DNA from: Okamejei kenojei
Taxonomy: Eukaryota
Assembly: GCA_035221665.1 (NCBI GenBank)
Contig: CM069137.1
Span: 42,594,001 to 42,658,000, forward strand
Length of the DNA: 64,000 nt
Direction of reading: 5' to 3'
Under the pieces are notes generated by a model. The model did no database searches, was not told the DNA's origin, and saw only the letters and a list, made by a program, of their open reading frames with translations. Positions 25,636-38,955 of the stretch are shown here, in pieces (the stretch's first letter is position 1; every line of letters begins with the position of its first letter). The position numbers and the translations under genes were made by a program.

Positions 25636-28600
25636 GGTCCTCGCAACCCTGTGTTCAACAAAATGAGTTCACTGCTGGAGGTGGGTATGGTAGAATATAT
25701 GTTACCAAAACAGAATTTTTGCTAAGTACCCAGAGAAAGTGAGTTCAAATCCTACAATGACAAATTGAGAAATTCAACTTAGTTTCTTCATTAAGTAATC
25801 CGGGAATAAAAACTGCTACAGTTGGCACAATGCTCAAAAATGCTTCCTCACTCGTGCTTTCTGGAACAAAAAATTGTTCTCATCGAAGACTCAAGAGACT
25901 ACAGATGCTGGAGTCTAAAGCAACAAACTGTCTGCCAGAGGAACTCAGTGTATCAGATATCATCTGCGGGGAGAAAAGAACTGTTGACGTTTCAGATCGA
26001 AACATTGGATCAGAACTCTCATCTCAATGATCTGGCCTCAATATAACTCAAGTCTCACAAAAGAAATCTCAGAATTGCTCTCTGAACTTTCCCAGTTCTG
26101 TCAAGGTGTCCTTGACCTGTAATGTTAACACTGTTTCTCTCTCTCTGCAGATGCTGACTGATCTGCTGAGTGGTTCCAGCAGTTGCAGTGTTTACGTCAG
26201 ATTTCCAGCATCTGTGGTATTTTGATTTGGAGAAGGACTTGGTTACAACAAATGTTCTGCAATCCACAACGCCCGATGGAAGGAACAGGCAAGAAAAATC
26301 CGACTTATTTTACTGCTAATGACCCTCGGCACTAGACTCTCTGAAGTCAGCCACTTCAACACTGCCTGTTTGCTGGACAAGGTATTCCTCTAACCGCAGA
26401 CACAATTACTAACTGTGGTTACTAATGGGGAGGCAGCAAAAGAGTGCAGGAAAAATACATTTCAACACTGCTATAAGTTGTGACTTTTCAATCTTCTAGA
26501 TCACCCTCATCAATCTTCGGACATTATAAATGCCATGAGTCACAAAGCTTTTTGACCAACAAGTAAGTCTCATACCAGTAAAATAATCTCTTTTATCCCA
26601 AGTTTCTCCTTGGCACGGAGTTCAATCATGAGAATTCTTACAGTAATTTAAAAAAAAAATCAGAATCTGGCAAAATAAAGCTGAGCCTGGGGAAGGGAAG
26701 AACAAGGGATATATGTTTTTTTTCCAAAAGTGGTGCCAAAACTGACAAGTCAAATCATTTTTGTTCACTGCCAAGTTCTAACCTCTTGCTATTAATAACA
26801 TATCATTTTAAAGCATAATTTCATGGAATGATTCCTGTTTAGTTTTGTTAATGTGCATTAAAACACATTTGTATATCAGATTTCTACATGGATTATATTC
26901 TCCTGTAAAAAATACTTGTTTACTGTTCTAGTCTAATTATTGACTATCAGAGTATGGCGAATTTCCACAGGGAAATCACAATCATTATTAACTATCTTAC
27001 TTTACGTGGATCTACAGCATTAGCGCTGTCTTTCTCTCGGACCTCTGTCTGCACTGCAACCTTCCTGGACTTTTCTACTTCTTTAATTCTGGATCTTGCA
27101 CCTATCCAACTTTGATCGCACTATGCCTTCAGCTTTAAGTGCTTTAATTGTGGCCACGTCTTCAGCTACAAGATGCTTCTGTACATCATTGCTGTTAGGG
27201 ATTTGTCATTAACGGTATACTTTCCCCTTACATTCAACCTCCCAAAGTGCAACATCTTACACTTGCTAGGATTAACCTCCATCTGCCATTTCTCCATATA
27301 TTTCAGCCCTCTGCAAACTTACTAACCAACCAATCTACTACATTTACGTCCAAGTAGTGTTTATATGTGTATATAGGTGAACGGTATATAATAACTCAGG
27401 AGTAACTCTGGTCAATCTCCTTTGGACTGCTTCTAATGCTACGACATCGCTTTAGTAAGGGGACCAAGACAATCCACAGTAGGCCAGGTGTGGCCTCACC
27501 ATAAGTGTAAAGATAGGAAAAGGTGGATAATGAACATCTTACAAGAACTCATAGATACAATATTGTTTCGGCAAAGAGATCATCTGGGTACGATGACTTG
27601 GATTTAGGATGGAAAGTTACTGGAGGACTTTATGGACTCATTAAAATTCACACAAGGGGCAGATCTTCAATTCATGGAGTTGTACAGCACGGAAATAGAC
27701 CCTACAATCCACAATGTCTACACCGACTATCATGCCCATTTGTGCTAATTCACTTACCTGAATTGTATAACCCCTACGCCCTGCTCATTTATGCACCTGG
27801 CCAGATGATTCTTAAATGTTCTTACTGTCCTTGCCTCCACCACCTCCTCTGGCTGCTCATTCCAGATTGTGTGAAAGATCTACTTCTCTTAAGCCTCCTC
27901 CCCTCTTATCTTAAAACCGCTGCCCTCCTCTGTTTAACATCTGATGTTGGTTTACATCTCAAACCCAAGGAACTTTCTTCGACACAGTGCTGACTTTTAT
28001 TGTGTGACAACCACTTCCACGTCCTGCACTGATGGCAGTTTGTAAATGCAGGTTGAAAGGGTGGCCCACAGCATTCTGCATTCCACCTCTTCCTAATACC
28101 ACCAAGACTCCAAGAGTAGCAGGATCTCTTTGCCATTGTAGGGATGGAGGGTGAATGTGAGGAACCCATCAGTTTTGACCCAAAGCATTTGACAAGTACA
28201 TTCAACACCTCTGGACATTTACAGTCCCGAGTTGTCTCCTCAGCGGGTGAGAGCAGTTGCCCTGTGAAACTCACTCTAGGCAACAGGATCATTCATCCTG
28301 TCACCCTTATGCACTGTAACTGGATCTGAACCCAGCCTGTGACCCCCCCCCCCCCCCCCATCAAGGAGCGAGGATGAGGTGGGTCCTCAAATCTAGCAGC
28401 AGGGAACCAGAGTGGGTAGAAGTGACCCCAGTGTCCTCGGAGCTTCCAGAGGTTCTGTGGTGGATCAGCGGTAAGTACAAGCAAAAACACACAGAGGAAA
28501 TATCTGCTCACATTCCTCTGTCTCCAGATCGACAGCAAACAGCATTGTTAAAAGCACCTAGCTGTTTAAAGCTGATGGCATGGTGATTGATTAGAGGCTA

Positions 28601-29846
28601 CCTCCGCCAAGACCATCGAATAGCTGTGCAAATAGCTGGAAACCTTTGTGCCTACTCAGATGCCAACTCCCCATCTGCTGTCTATCGCATGTCCTCTTCC
28701 ACACTGTGCTGGGATGGGCTTCAATATTTGAATTGGTGCAAAACAAGATAAATCATTTTTACAGAAAGAAAGGTCTTGACCCGAAACGTCACCCATTCCT
28801 ACTCTCCAGAGATGCTGCCTGTCCGATGTGTTACTCCAGCATTTTGTGTTTATCTTCAGTTTAAACCAGCATCTGCAGTTCCTTCCTACATAAATCATAT
28901 GTATGATAGGTAGACACTGATAGGGTCAAAGGGATACAGATGCTGGGCAGAAAAGCGGATGTGAGATGATGATTTTATTGAATGGCAGAACAGGTAAAGG
29001 TGAATCTTCCCATTCCTGTTTCCTACACTAAGTCATAAACAATGATGAAGAAATGCAACGTTGCCCACAATAGTTCATTGCTTACGGAGATATCGAAAGC
29101 AGCAGTTCTTGTTATCTACTGTGGTTAATTAAAATGTTCTGCGAAACTTTCCTCTTGTTCCCTTGTCAAATTTGAGAGAAAATGCTTTAAAATGAGCAGA
29201 ATATTTCTCACTCCTCTTATGAAAAGAAGTGTGGGAATCCATACCTGAGGTCTACAAACACAGGAAGGATCTAGGAGGGAAGGTCTGCTGTGAGCAGGGA
29301 AAATAAGAGTTAATCAGACAGAGTTGGAAGGGAAAAAACCCTACATCATGGAAGAAGAGTCAGGATAATGTTCAATTAATAAAATATTAAAGCACCTCCA
29401 CTAAAGCCGTTAGATTCCAAGATAGATGCATTGATTTTAGCTGCAAAAGTAAGGGAGTTTAGTTCAGCTGTGATGTAGCTTTGCCGTCTCAAAACATGAG
29501 GGTCATTCACTCCACCGGATGAGTAGTGCTAATGGGTCTTCTCAAACTCACTGAATGTGCAACTGTCACAATTGATCATCTCTCGAGCCCAGATCCCATG
29601 GCGTTGCTGTCAACCTCCTCAGCTTTCTCTCCTCACCTTGCTCAACGGGTATGCCCCAGTTTGCCCTTGGACACTGAGAATAAATCGGAGGTCTGGGCAT
29701 CGTCTGCTAAGCTCAATCAGTGCCTTGGAATTACAGTCAGAGCTCTTTAACACTCAAAAGGGAGGAATGAAGATGGAATGGATCTTAGCATTGAGGGGGG
29801 GTACGTCAGGGAAGAGATAGCCAGCGACCTGACCATAGAGACACAC

Positions 29847-29962
29847 CTGCAGTAAAAGTTCTCCCTCTGGCAGAATTCCATCCACCAAACCAGGCATCTT
29901 CCCATTTCCATGGTTACCACATCCATTGGCTATCTTGTTACAGCTATGGTTCTTGAAGGCAA
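29847..29962 (-). CDS. AHR: AHR exon 3: (V)AFKNHSCNKIANGCGNHGNGKMPGLVDGILPEGELLLQ
   Basis: 116 nt (2+38x3); acceptor ttcattgcag, donor CAG/gtgtgt; ends EGELLLQ, joining ALNGF of exon 4. Confidence 0.93.
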
Positions 29963-30427
29963 CTGCAATGAAGCACAATAATGGGATTAACACAAACATA
30001 ATATTTACTAAAGCCCCGCTGTGCACATCAGGACCTTTCAGTCCACTGACAATTCTGTGCTGCTTGCAGCCTGCTATGAATGATGGCAATGCCTATACCT
30101 TCTCACAGGGACTAATATGAAATCCCCAGTCACCGTCAGGCCAATTTAAGAACAGAATGGGACCCAAGGGCGCCTGTGTGCATGATGCAGAGCAGGCAGG
30201 AGGAGTCACCATGTCAAAATGGGACCCCATGGCACCTTCACCCTGCAGAGACGGTGTTCTGAGAAATGTAGAGACATATACTGTGCAGAAACAGTCCAAC
30301 CCAACTCTCCATGCCCACCAAATTGCTTACATTGAGAGGCAAATGGGACGAGCTCAATCTGGAATTGAATTGATGTTGGAGCAATGACCAAGGCAGCTCC
30401 TGACTCTCATTAAAATTCAGAAACAAG

Positions 30428-31944
30428 TAGTGATGTTACAAAACTTACCTTCAGCGGTGCTGCAGTTCTGCCACTGGCTGCGTGCGCGACTTTGGAGCAT
30501 TTGAGGGGAGGGGGCGGGATTAAAATCCAGTTTTCTACTGCCTGTCCAAGGCGGAATTCCTCGGGCTGCTAGCTGCTGAAGAAAAATTGATCCGACTTTC
30601 GTTCCCGATTTTTTTTAGTTTTAATCGCGAGACAATTTAATTATTGGATTAAAATATAAAGCGACTTCTAATGCCCTCAACGCCTACAACGTGACGGATA
30701 TCATGAACGGGACAAAACAAAGGGTAAGTCGTTTATTTTACATATAAACTTGCTTCTTGGGATGGCTTTAATCTAATTTTACTTTGCGAAAATGTGATTT
30801 GGGCCCCATACGAACCGGCAGTGTTTTTCCTGCTGATATGGAGTTCAAATTCACCGCAAATGCAACGTTCCAATCGATCGTGTTCCAGAAAAACCCACTC
30901 AGGGGATGATTTAAATGCTATTTTTTTTGACAATCATATCATAAGAGCATCTAAATCATCCATATTTTGTGTTATTGTCAATCCATAGTCAATATTTTTA
31001 TACTAAATATCTGTTTTAGTCCCATGTATTGTGCAAAAATATAATAATTTTAATTATATTGAGTGGATGTTTCTAGATTTATTTATGGGAATTAAACATT
31101 GAATTCCTTTCATCTGGCATATAAATTCATGACAGTGAGATTTAAAAATCATGTTAAATTGTGAATTCTTGTGTGAATGGGATTAGTTTGTTATTTGGAT
31201 ACAGGCTATTTAAAAAAATATATCCTTTTCTTAAGAAATGGAATCTACAGGACATTCTTAATGGGAAAGTAGTGGGCAGAAAGACATGTCATGCGTGGTT
31301 TTGAAGAGCTTGTAGTTTACAATGCCAAAATTGAAAAGTTGAGGAAAAACAAGGTGCACATTGGTTACAATCTGAAGAGTATGATGATGCTACTGATTAT
31401 GATATGCCAATGTACCAGCTAGCAACTGATCTTCTCCATAAAGACTTGGTCTATTGCTAGAAATTGTAATTTATTTACCTATCTGTTACGGACTTACAGC
31501 ATATAATACAATAATATTAAAGTTCTGATTGTGAGAATATCACATTTTTGAATTTTCAAGGCAGTCTGGGTGTTTATTACTATTTCCGTCACAACGGTCA
31601 ATTTTGTAATTAACTACAATTAGGTAATTAACTAATTATATGTTTTAATTTCAGGTCATCCAGGTAAGATGTTTTATAGTTGTATCAGAATGCTTCAATC
31701 TATAATAACTGAAAATGTTCTCTTGATTTTTAAGAAAGTTATGGGCTTTTGACTCTCCTTGATCACAGCTTTTGTGTTAAGTCAATGGAAAAACAACAGG
31801 GAACAAGATGCTAATTTCCAACTATGAAAATACTGAAGATATGAAAGTGAATTAGGTGTTAAATTAAATTTCTTTTTATGCTTTATCTGATGGGATAAAT
31901 TGCAGACTTGATTTTTAAAATCTCAAAATTTTGTAACATTGCTA
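30428..31944. mobile_element. Non-autonomous TIR DNA transposon, 16-bp TIR, 7-bp TSD
   Basis: TAGTGATGTTACAAAA ... TTTTGTAACATTGCTA (14/16 match), flanked by aaacaag on both sides. Confidence 0.8.
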
Positions 31945-32111
31945 AAACAAGGAACAAGAACTCAGCGGGTTAGGCAGCATCCCCAGAGAACATGGATGGA
32001 TGACGTTTTCGGTCAGGGTCCATCTTCAGACTTTGTCCTGCTCCTGACTCTCATTAAAATTCAGAAACAAGGAACAAGAACTCAGTGGATTAGGCAGCAT
32101 CCCTGGAGAAC

Positions 32112-32352
32112 ACAGAGAGTGGTGAGTCTCTGGAACTCTCTGCCACAGAGGGTAGTTGAGGCCAGTTCATTGGCTATATTTAAGAGTGAGTTGGATGTGG
32201 CCCTTGTGGCTAAGGGGATCAGAGGGTATGGAGAGAAGGCAGGTACGGGATACTGAGTTGGATGATCAGCCATGATCATATTGAATGGCGGTGCAGGCTC
32301 GAAGGGCTGAATGGCCTACTCCTGCACCTAATTTCTATGTTTCTATGTTTCT
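32112..32352 (+). mobile_element. Short CR1 3' insertion inside a Penelope-type repeat
   Basis: TQRVVSLWNSLPQ...GYGEKAGTGY*, tail ttctatgtttctatgtttct; the host repeat resumes at aacatgga. Confidence 0.85.
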
Positions 32353-32833
32353 AACATGGATAGACAACGTTTTGGGGTCAGGAAGTGAAAGCAGGAGGAG
32401 AGGACGGGCAGGACAAAGCTTGGCAGGTAATAGGCGAGCACAGGGGAGGGAGAGGTTTGATAGGCAGATGGTTGGACAAAGGCCCAGAGATGAAAAAACA
32501 GGTTGTGTGCGACACAAGATTATAGATTTGTAAAGCCAGAGAAAGGAATGTAGGTGGAGGGGGAGGAGTGAAGTGGATGCAAGACCAGATGGGGAACAGA
32601 GAAGAGAGAGTGGAAAGAACGTGGGGGGGGAGAGTGAGAGAGTAAAGGCAGGGGCAGGGACAGGGCGGGGGGGACAGACTCTATGATGGCCGTATAGAAT
32701 TGAACCATGTGGCAGAATGTGCTTCCTCAGCTGCCGCAGGAAGTACATCCGCTGTTGTGCCTTTTTGACTGTGGAATTGATGGTAGCCACCCATTTAAGG
32801 TCCTTGGAGATGAGGTTCCCAGGAATTTAAAAT

Positions 32834-34592
32834 TCAGATAACGAGGGATAAAATTGGACCATTATAGAGACAGAATGGACAGCTATCTGCAGAGCCAAAA
32901 GATATGGGGGAGATATTGAACAATTTCTTTTCTTCGGTATTCACCAAGGAGAAGGATATTGAACTATGTGAGGTAAGGGAAAAAAGTAGAGTAGCTATGG
33001 AAACTATGAGATTCAAAGTGGAGGAAGTACTGACACTTTTGAAAAATATAAAAGTGGATAAGTCTCCAGGTCCTGACAGGATATTCCCTAGGACATTGAG
33101 GGAAGTTAGTGTAGAAATAGCAGGAGCTATGACAGAAATATTTCAAATGTCATTAGAAACGGGAATAGTGCCGGAGGATTGGCGTACTGCGCATGTTGTT
33201 CCATTGTTTAAAAAGGGTTCAAAGAATACACCTAGCAATTATAGACCTGTTAGTTTGACGTCAGTGGTGGGTAAATTAATGGAAAGGATACTTAGAGATA
33301 ATATATATAAGCATCTGGATAAACAGGGTCTGATCAGGAACAGTCAACATGGATTTGTGCCTGGAAGGTCATGTTTGACAAACCTTTTTGAATTTTTTGA
33401 AGCGGTTACTAGGGAAATTGATGAGGGTAAAGCAGTGGATGTTGTCTATATGGATTTCAGTAAAGCCTTTGACAAGGTTCACCATGGAAGGTTGGTTAAG
33501 AAGGTTCAATCTTTGGGTGTTAATGACGGAGTTGCAGGATGGATTCAACAGTGGCTAAATGGGAGATGTCAGAGAGTAATGGTGGATGGCTGTTTGTCAG
33601 GTTGGAAGCCGGTGACCAGTGGGGTGCCTCAGGGATCTGTGTTGGGTCCACTGTTGTTTGTCATGTACATCAATGATCTGGATGATGGGGTGGAAAATTG
33701 GATAAGTAAGTATGCAGATGATACTAAGATAGGTGGTGTTGTGGATAATGAAGTAGATTTTCAAAGTCTACAGAGAGATTTGGGCCATATGGAAAAGTGT
33801 GCTGAAAGATGGCAGATGGAGTTTAATGCTGATAAGTGTGAAGTGCTACATCTTGGCAGGACAAATCAAAATAGGAAGTACATGGTAAATGGTAGGGAAT
33901 TGAGGAATGCTGTGGAACAGAGAGATCTAGGAATAACTGTGCATAGTTCCCTGAAGGTGGAATCGCATGTAGATGGGGTGCTAAAGAAAGCCTTTGGTGT
34001 GCTGGCCTTTATAAATCAGAGCATTGAATATAGGAGTAGGGAAGTAATGATAAAATTGTACAAGGCATTGGTAAGACCAATTCTGGAGTATGGTGTACAA
34101 TTTTGGTCGCCTAATTATAGGAAGGATGTCAACAAAATAGAGAGAGTACTGAGGAGATTTACTAGAATGTTGCCTGGGTTCCAGCAACTATGTTACAGAG
34201 AAAGGTTGAACAAGTTAGGTCTTTATTCTTTGGAGCGCAGAAGGTTAAGGGGGGACTTGATTGAGGTCTTTAAAATGATGAAAGGGATAGACAGAGTTGA
34301 CGTGGATAAGCTTTTCCCATTGAGGGTAGGGAAGATTCAAACAAGAGGGCATGACATGCGAATTAAGGGACGGAAGTTTAGGGGTAACGTGAGGGGGAAC
34401 TTCTTTACTCAGAGGGTGGTGGCTGTGTGGAATGAGCTTCCAGCAGAAGTGGTGGAGGCAGGATCGATTTTAACATTTAAAAGTAAAGTGGATAGGTATA
34501 TGGACGGGAAGGGAATGGAGGGGTATGGTCTGAGTGCAGGTAGATGGGACTAGGGGAAAACAAATGATCGGCACGGACTGGAAGGGCCGAGA
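32834..34592 (+). mobile_element. 5'-truncated CR1 LINE with an uninterrupted 549-aa RT ORF (32904-34553)
   Basis: [36 protein letters not shown] and YADD motifs; no endonuclease domain. Inserted into a minus-strand Rex1 fragment whose pieces lie at 32673-32830 and 34595-34650. Confidence 0.95.
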
Positions 34593-36741
34593 GATGAGGG
34601 GAGGGGGAGCTCTTCTAAAGTCTACTATCAATTCCACTGATGAACTAGTTATGTTGACCACTCAGAACAAAATGCTCAATGATTCTCCTCTATTAAATCC
34701 AGAAGGGCCTCAAGTCCTGACTATCACAATATCTAAATAACCCCACGTTCTGTTTCTCACACAATTTCAGAGAGCTGTGCCAGTTATTCCTGCAGTCCTA
34801 GCCAATCAACATCACTAGGAAGGTTCATTTAACCATTATTAAATTGCTGTTTGTGGAAGCCTGAAATGGCTGCTTATTTTCCACCGTGCAATGGTCACTC
34901 TCATTTCACTCTTTTCTTTACAGAGGAAAGACGATCAAAGTATGCAGCAGGATATAGATCAGCTACAGAAAATGACGGAGAAATAGCAGATGGAGTTTAA
35001 TCCGAGCAAGGATGAGATGAGGCACTTCAGAAGGTCGAGTGAAAGGGAAAGTATAGACCCTTAAGAGCATTGATATACAGAGAGATCCAAGTCCATTGTT
35101 CCCTGAAAGTAGATAGACTGGTAAAGAAGGCATATGTATGCTTGTCGTTCGAGATCAGAGCATTGAGTTTAAAGGTGTAGATGTCATGTTTAGTTTATTG
35201 TCACGTACCCGAGATACAGAAAAAGCTTTTTAGTTGCATTTTTTTCATCATGTTAATACGTTGGTTAGGCTGCATTTGGAGTATTGGTTGCAATTTACTT
35301 CGCTCCATGACAGAAAAAATTTGGGGACTTTTGGGGGGGGGTGGGGGGGGGGTTAAGAGATTTAGTAGAATGTTGCTGGGATTAAAGAGTCTTAGCTAGA
35401 AGGAGAGGTTGGACAAACATGGATTATTTTCAATGAAGAGCAGAGGGTTCTATATTTTATTGAGAAGTATATAATGTGAGAAGCATAAATAGAAATGTTG
35501 AAGACAAGAGAGCATAGCTTTAAGGTGAGAGGGGAAAAGGTGTGCGGGCAAGATTTTTACAGAGAGTGGTGGGTGCCTGGAACGTGCTGCCAGGGTTGAC
35601 AGTGAAGGCAGATACGATTGTGACATTTAAGAGGCTTCCAGATAGGCACATGGATATGCAGCAAATAGAGGGATATGGATTATGTGCAGGCTGAAGATAT
35701 TAGTTTCACTTGGTATCGTGTTCAGCATGGACATTGTGAGCTTATTCATGTGCTATACTCTTCTGTGTTCTTCAGATTTCCTTTCCACATGCACAATATT
35801 ACCGTCTTATTATGCATTGGATAGAAACATAGAAAATAGGTGCAGGAGTAGGACATTTGGCCCTTCGAGCCAGCACCGCCATTCAATATGATCATGGCTG
35901 ATCATCCAAAATCAGTACCCCATTCCGGCTTTTTGCCCATATCCCTTGGATACCAAAGGCCAGGGGGTAGACTCCTTTGTGAGGAATGTTATTGGCAAGT
36001 AATTGTACGGTTTCATACGTGAATGTCACCCAGGTCCTGCTGCATAGATGGAGACAAAGAACAAAATTCCAATGACGTTTTCATCATGTTTTCTACTTTG
36101 TTATCCAATAATATTAGGGTCAACAAATCCTTTGTCATCAACATTTGTCACCACTGGCAAGACACACAAATGAACATGGCCATGTAAGTGGCTGAAGTGA
36201 CCATGAAGTGATGGGAGGACAGGTCAGAGTCTGAGTACCATGGGGTGAGAAACTCACATCCTGACACCTGAAACCCCTGTCTCACGGTGCGAGTTGACCC
36301 ACGAGTGACCCCGAGTTGTCACTCGCGGTAATCATGTACACTAAACGTAGCAGGAATGTCGGAACTCTTGCGAGCAACTTAGCGACTCGTGGTGCTAACG
36401 GCAGGTACCCGTGAAACTTGGTAACTCGTGAAAAAAATCTAACATGTTTGATTTTTTTCCGCGAGTCAAATTTACAGTTCAAGTTAAAAATTGAAACATT
36501 TTAAACTCGTTTATAACGTGGTGGCCCGTGCGTTTACCTTAGTGATTTGTGAGTCTACTGTGGGAACTCTTTTAACTCAGCGGGCAGGCAGCATCTCTGG
36601 AGAGAAGGAATGGGTGACGGGATGACATTTCCAAATTTCTCCAGCCCCAAGTGGTCACTTTGTTCAACTAGCATCTGCCCTTTCTTGTGTATGACATTAT
36701 ATGTATCTACAGTGCCTTGTGTCTTGGCTTGATTCACACAC

Positions 36742-36875
36742 NNNNNNNNNNNNNNNNNNNNNNNNNNNNNNNNNNNNNNNNNNNNNNNNNNNNNNNNNNN
36801 NNNNNNNNNNNNNNNNNNNNNNNNNNNNNNNNNNNNNNNNNNNNNNNNNNNNNNNNNNNNNNNNNNNNNNNNNNN
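36742..36875. other. Assembly gap (N run)
   Basis: 134 N within a CA-rich tandem repeat. Confidence 1.
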
Positions 36876-36996
36876 ACACACAATGCTGGAGTAACTCACA
36901 CACACACACACACACACACAATGCTGGAGTAACTCACACACACACACGAACAATGCTGGAGTAACTCTCGCACACACACAATTCTGGAGTAACTCA
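36876..36996 (+). repeat. Compound tandem repeat (CA)n-aatgctggagtaactc
   Basis: Four copies of caatgctggagtaactc (one variant) separated by variable CA runs. Confidence 0.85.
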
Positions 36997-37320
36997 GCGG
37001 GACAGGCAGCATCTCCGGAGAGAAGGAATGATGATGTCTCGGGTCGAGACCCTTCCTTAGACCACTACCCAGAGATGCTGCCTGTCCCGCTGAGTTACTC
37101 AGGCATTTCGTCTATCTTTAAACCAGCATCCGGACTTCCTTCCCACATAATAACCAATGAGATTCCCCACTAAACTTCCGTGTCCTCATTGTTCCCCTCT
37201 CTGTCTTCCCCAGACCTGTGTATATGTACATGTGTATGTGTATATGTATATATACGTTGAGTGGTTCCTGGGTTGCCTACTGCTGGGTAACTCTGCAAAA
37301 TATCATCCCCCTGCATTTCA

Positions 37321-37470
37321 NNNNNNNNNNNNNNNNNNNNNNNNNNNNNNNNNNNNNNNNNNNNNNNNNNNNNNNNNNNNNNNNNNNNNNNNNNNNNNNN
37401 NNNNNNNNNNNNNNNNNNNNNNNNNNNNNNNNNNNNNNNNNNNNNNNNNNNNNNNNNNNNNNNNNNNNNN
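37321..37470. other. Assembly gap (N run)
   Basis: 150 N. Confidence 1.
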
Positions 37471-38955
37471 CCGCTCAAAGTCAGTCACCCGAGCTGCTTC
37501 CTTCCTCGGAAGTGGCGGCCAGTTCTGCTGTCCGTGCCCAGAGCGCTGCGGCAGCCACCCAAGCTAATTCACTCCCTGGCCACAATAAAACCATATAGCA
37601 ATGACAGCACGGAAACAGGCCATCTCTGCCCTTTTACTCCGTGCCGTTTACTGTCACCTAGTCCCATCTACCTGCACTCAGACTGGAGCGTGGCAAGTGG
37701 GTTACTGACCCCAAACCCCTCCTTCACAACACCAGACTCCCCAAATACTATGAACTGAGCTCTACCCCCACTCCGGGAAATACAGTATTTAAAAACATAA
37801 AGCACCAAGAAATGCACTTACCATGTTATTGGTTGCTGGAGGGTGCGCATTTTCCCTTTGTAGGTCGTATCAATAGATGCGGCCGCGCTGAAATAACTCA
37901 AAGCCACAGGATGGAGATGTCTTTTAACATTGTTGCTTTATTAAAACATACCTTCATTCACGGTTGGCTCAAGAGTAACGGGAGAGGAACTTGGTACCTC
38001 GGAGGAGGAACTTGGAACATCGCAAAAATGACATACCCGTGGGAACTCGGTTAAACACTTGAACATAAACTTGAAGTCTTGTACACAACCACGAGTCTTT
38101 CACTCGGGGTACCTCGTGGGTCAACTCGCACCGTGAGACAGGGCCATGAGAGTTCATCCGCCATCCACAAAGCACATGTCAGGAGAGTGAAGGCTCCAAC
38201 AAGTTCAAGCTATCGGTTTTAGCGAGGCACCTTGCCCACGTAGGCACTAAGGGTCCTTGCCCATGCGGATGGTGAGCCTCTTTGCTCCGCCAGTTTACAA
38301 TGAACCCTATCGGCCATGGTTTTGCTCACTCATTCAATGTGGCCTCTGCTTTGAGATTTCATGCAACCAAATCTACAACTTATGATCATAAAAACAGAAA
38401 ATGATAGAAATATTTAACAGGTCAGGCAGCATCTGATGAGAGACTCAGTTAACATTCAGATTAATGACCTCCTACCAGCACGATTGTTCGGATGCTGCCC
38501 GACGTGCTGACTATTTACGGCACTGTTTACTATTTCTGTTTCAATTATTTTACTTTTGGAAGATAATTTACTGGATCGCCCACGACAAACTGTAAATCTG
38601 GGCATAAAAACACCTCTCTGTTCATACAAATTATTTGAAAATGCAGTGAAAACAGGTGCTTCCATTTCTTTATGCAACTACATGAGTAGCAAGAGAATAT
38701 TAAATCCCTGATCCTGCTCTATCTTTCATTAAGATTATGACAGACGTTTCTAAATCCATTTACCTCTGGATCTCTACAGCTTGCAGCATCCATGCCAGAT
38801 AAAAATACACCAGTCTTAATCTTCTTAATTTTAATCTACTCCATGTCTTACAGCAGTGAAGAGCAGGGAGAAATTGAGATTTCCAAACGCTTGTTTGTGA
38901 AGAACAGTCTGTTGCTAGAGCTCCCTCAACAGCCCCACATATTTTTTAAAGATAA

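Larger units (their letters stand above)
1..29962 (-). other. AHR: Aryl hydrocarbon receptor family gene (AHR1b/AHR1X-like), span of exons 3-8; the gene extends past both window edges
   Basis: Six minus-strand exons splice in frame to a continuous PAS-A/PAS-B AHR peptide. All have AG acceptors and compatible phases. Exon lengths 90/124/131/203 match recalled vertebrate AHR exons 4-7. Paralog assignment is less certain than family assignment. Confidence 0.96.
36272..38146. mobile_element. Harbinger/PIF-like non-autonomous element with nested repeats and two N gaps
   Basis: TIR core CCCTGTCTCACGGTGCGAGTTGACCCACGAG present at both ends (31 bp perfect); 3-bp TGA flanks. Confidence 0.8.

Noticed and set aside
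36555-37598. ORFs spanning the N runs
   Set aside because: Artefacts of translating gaps.
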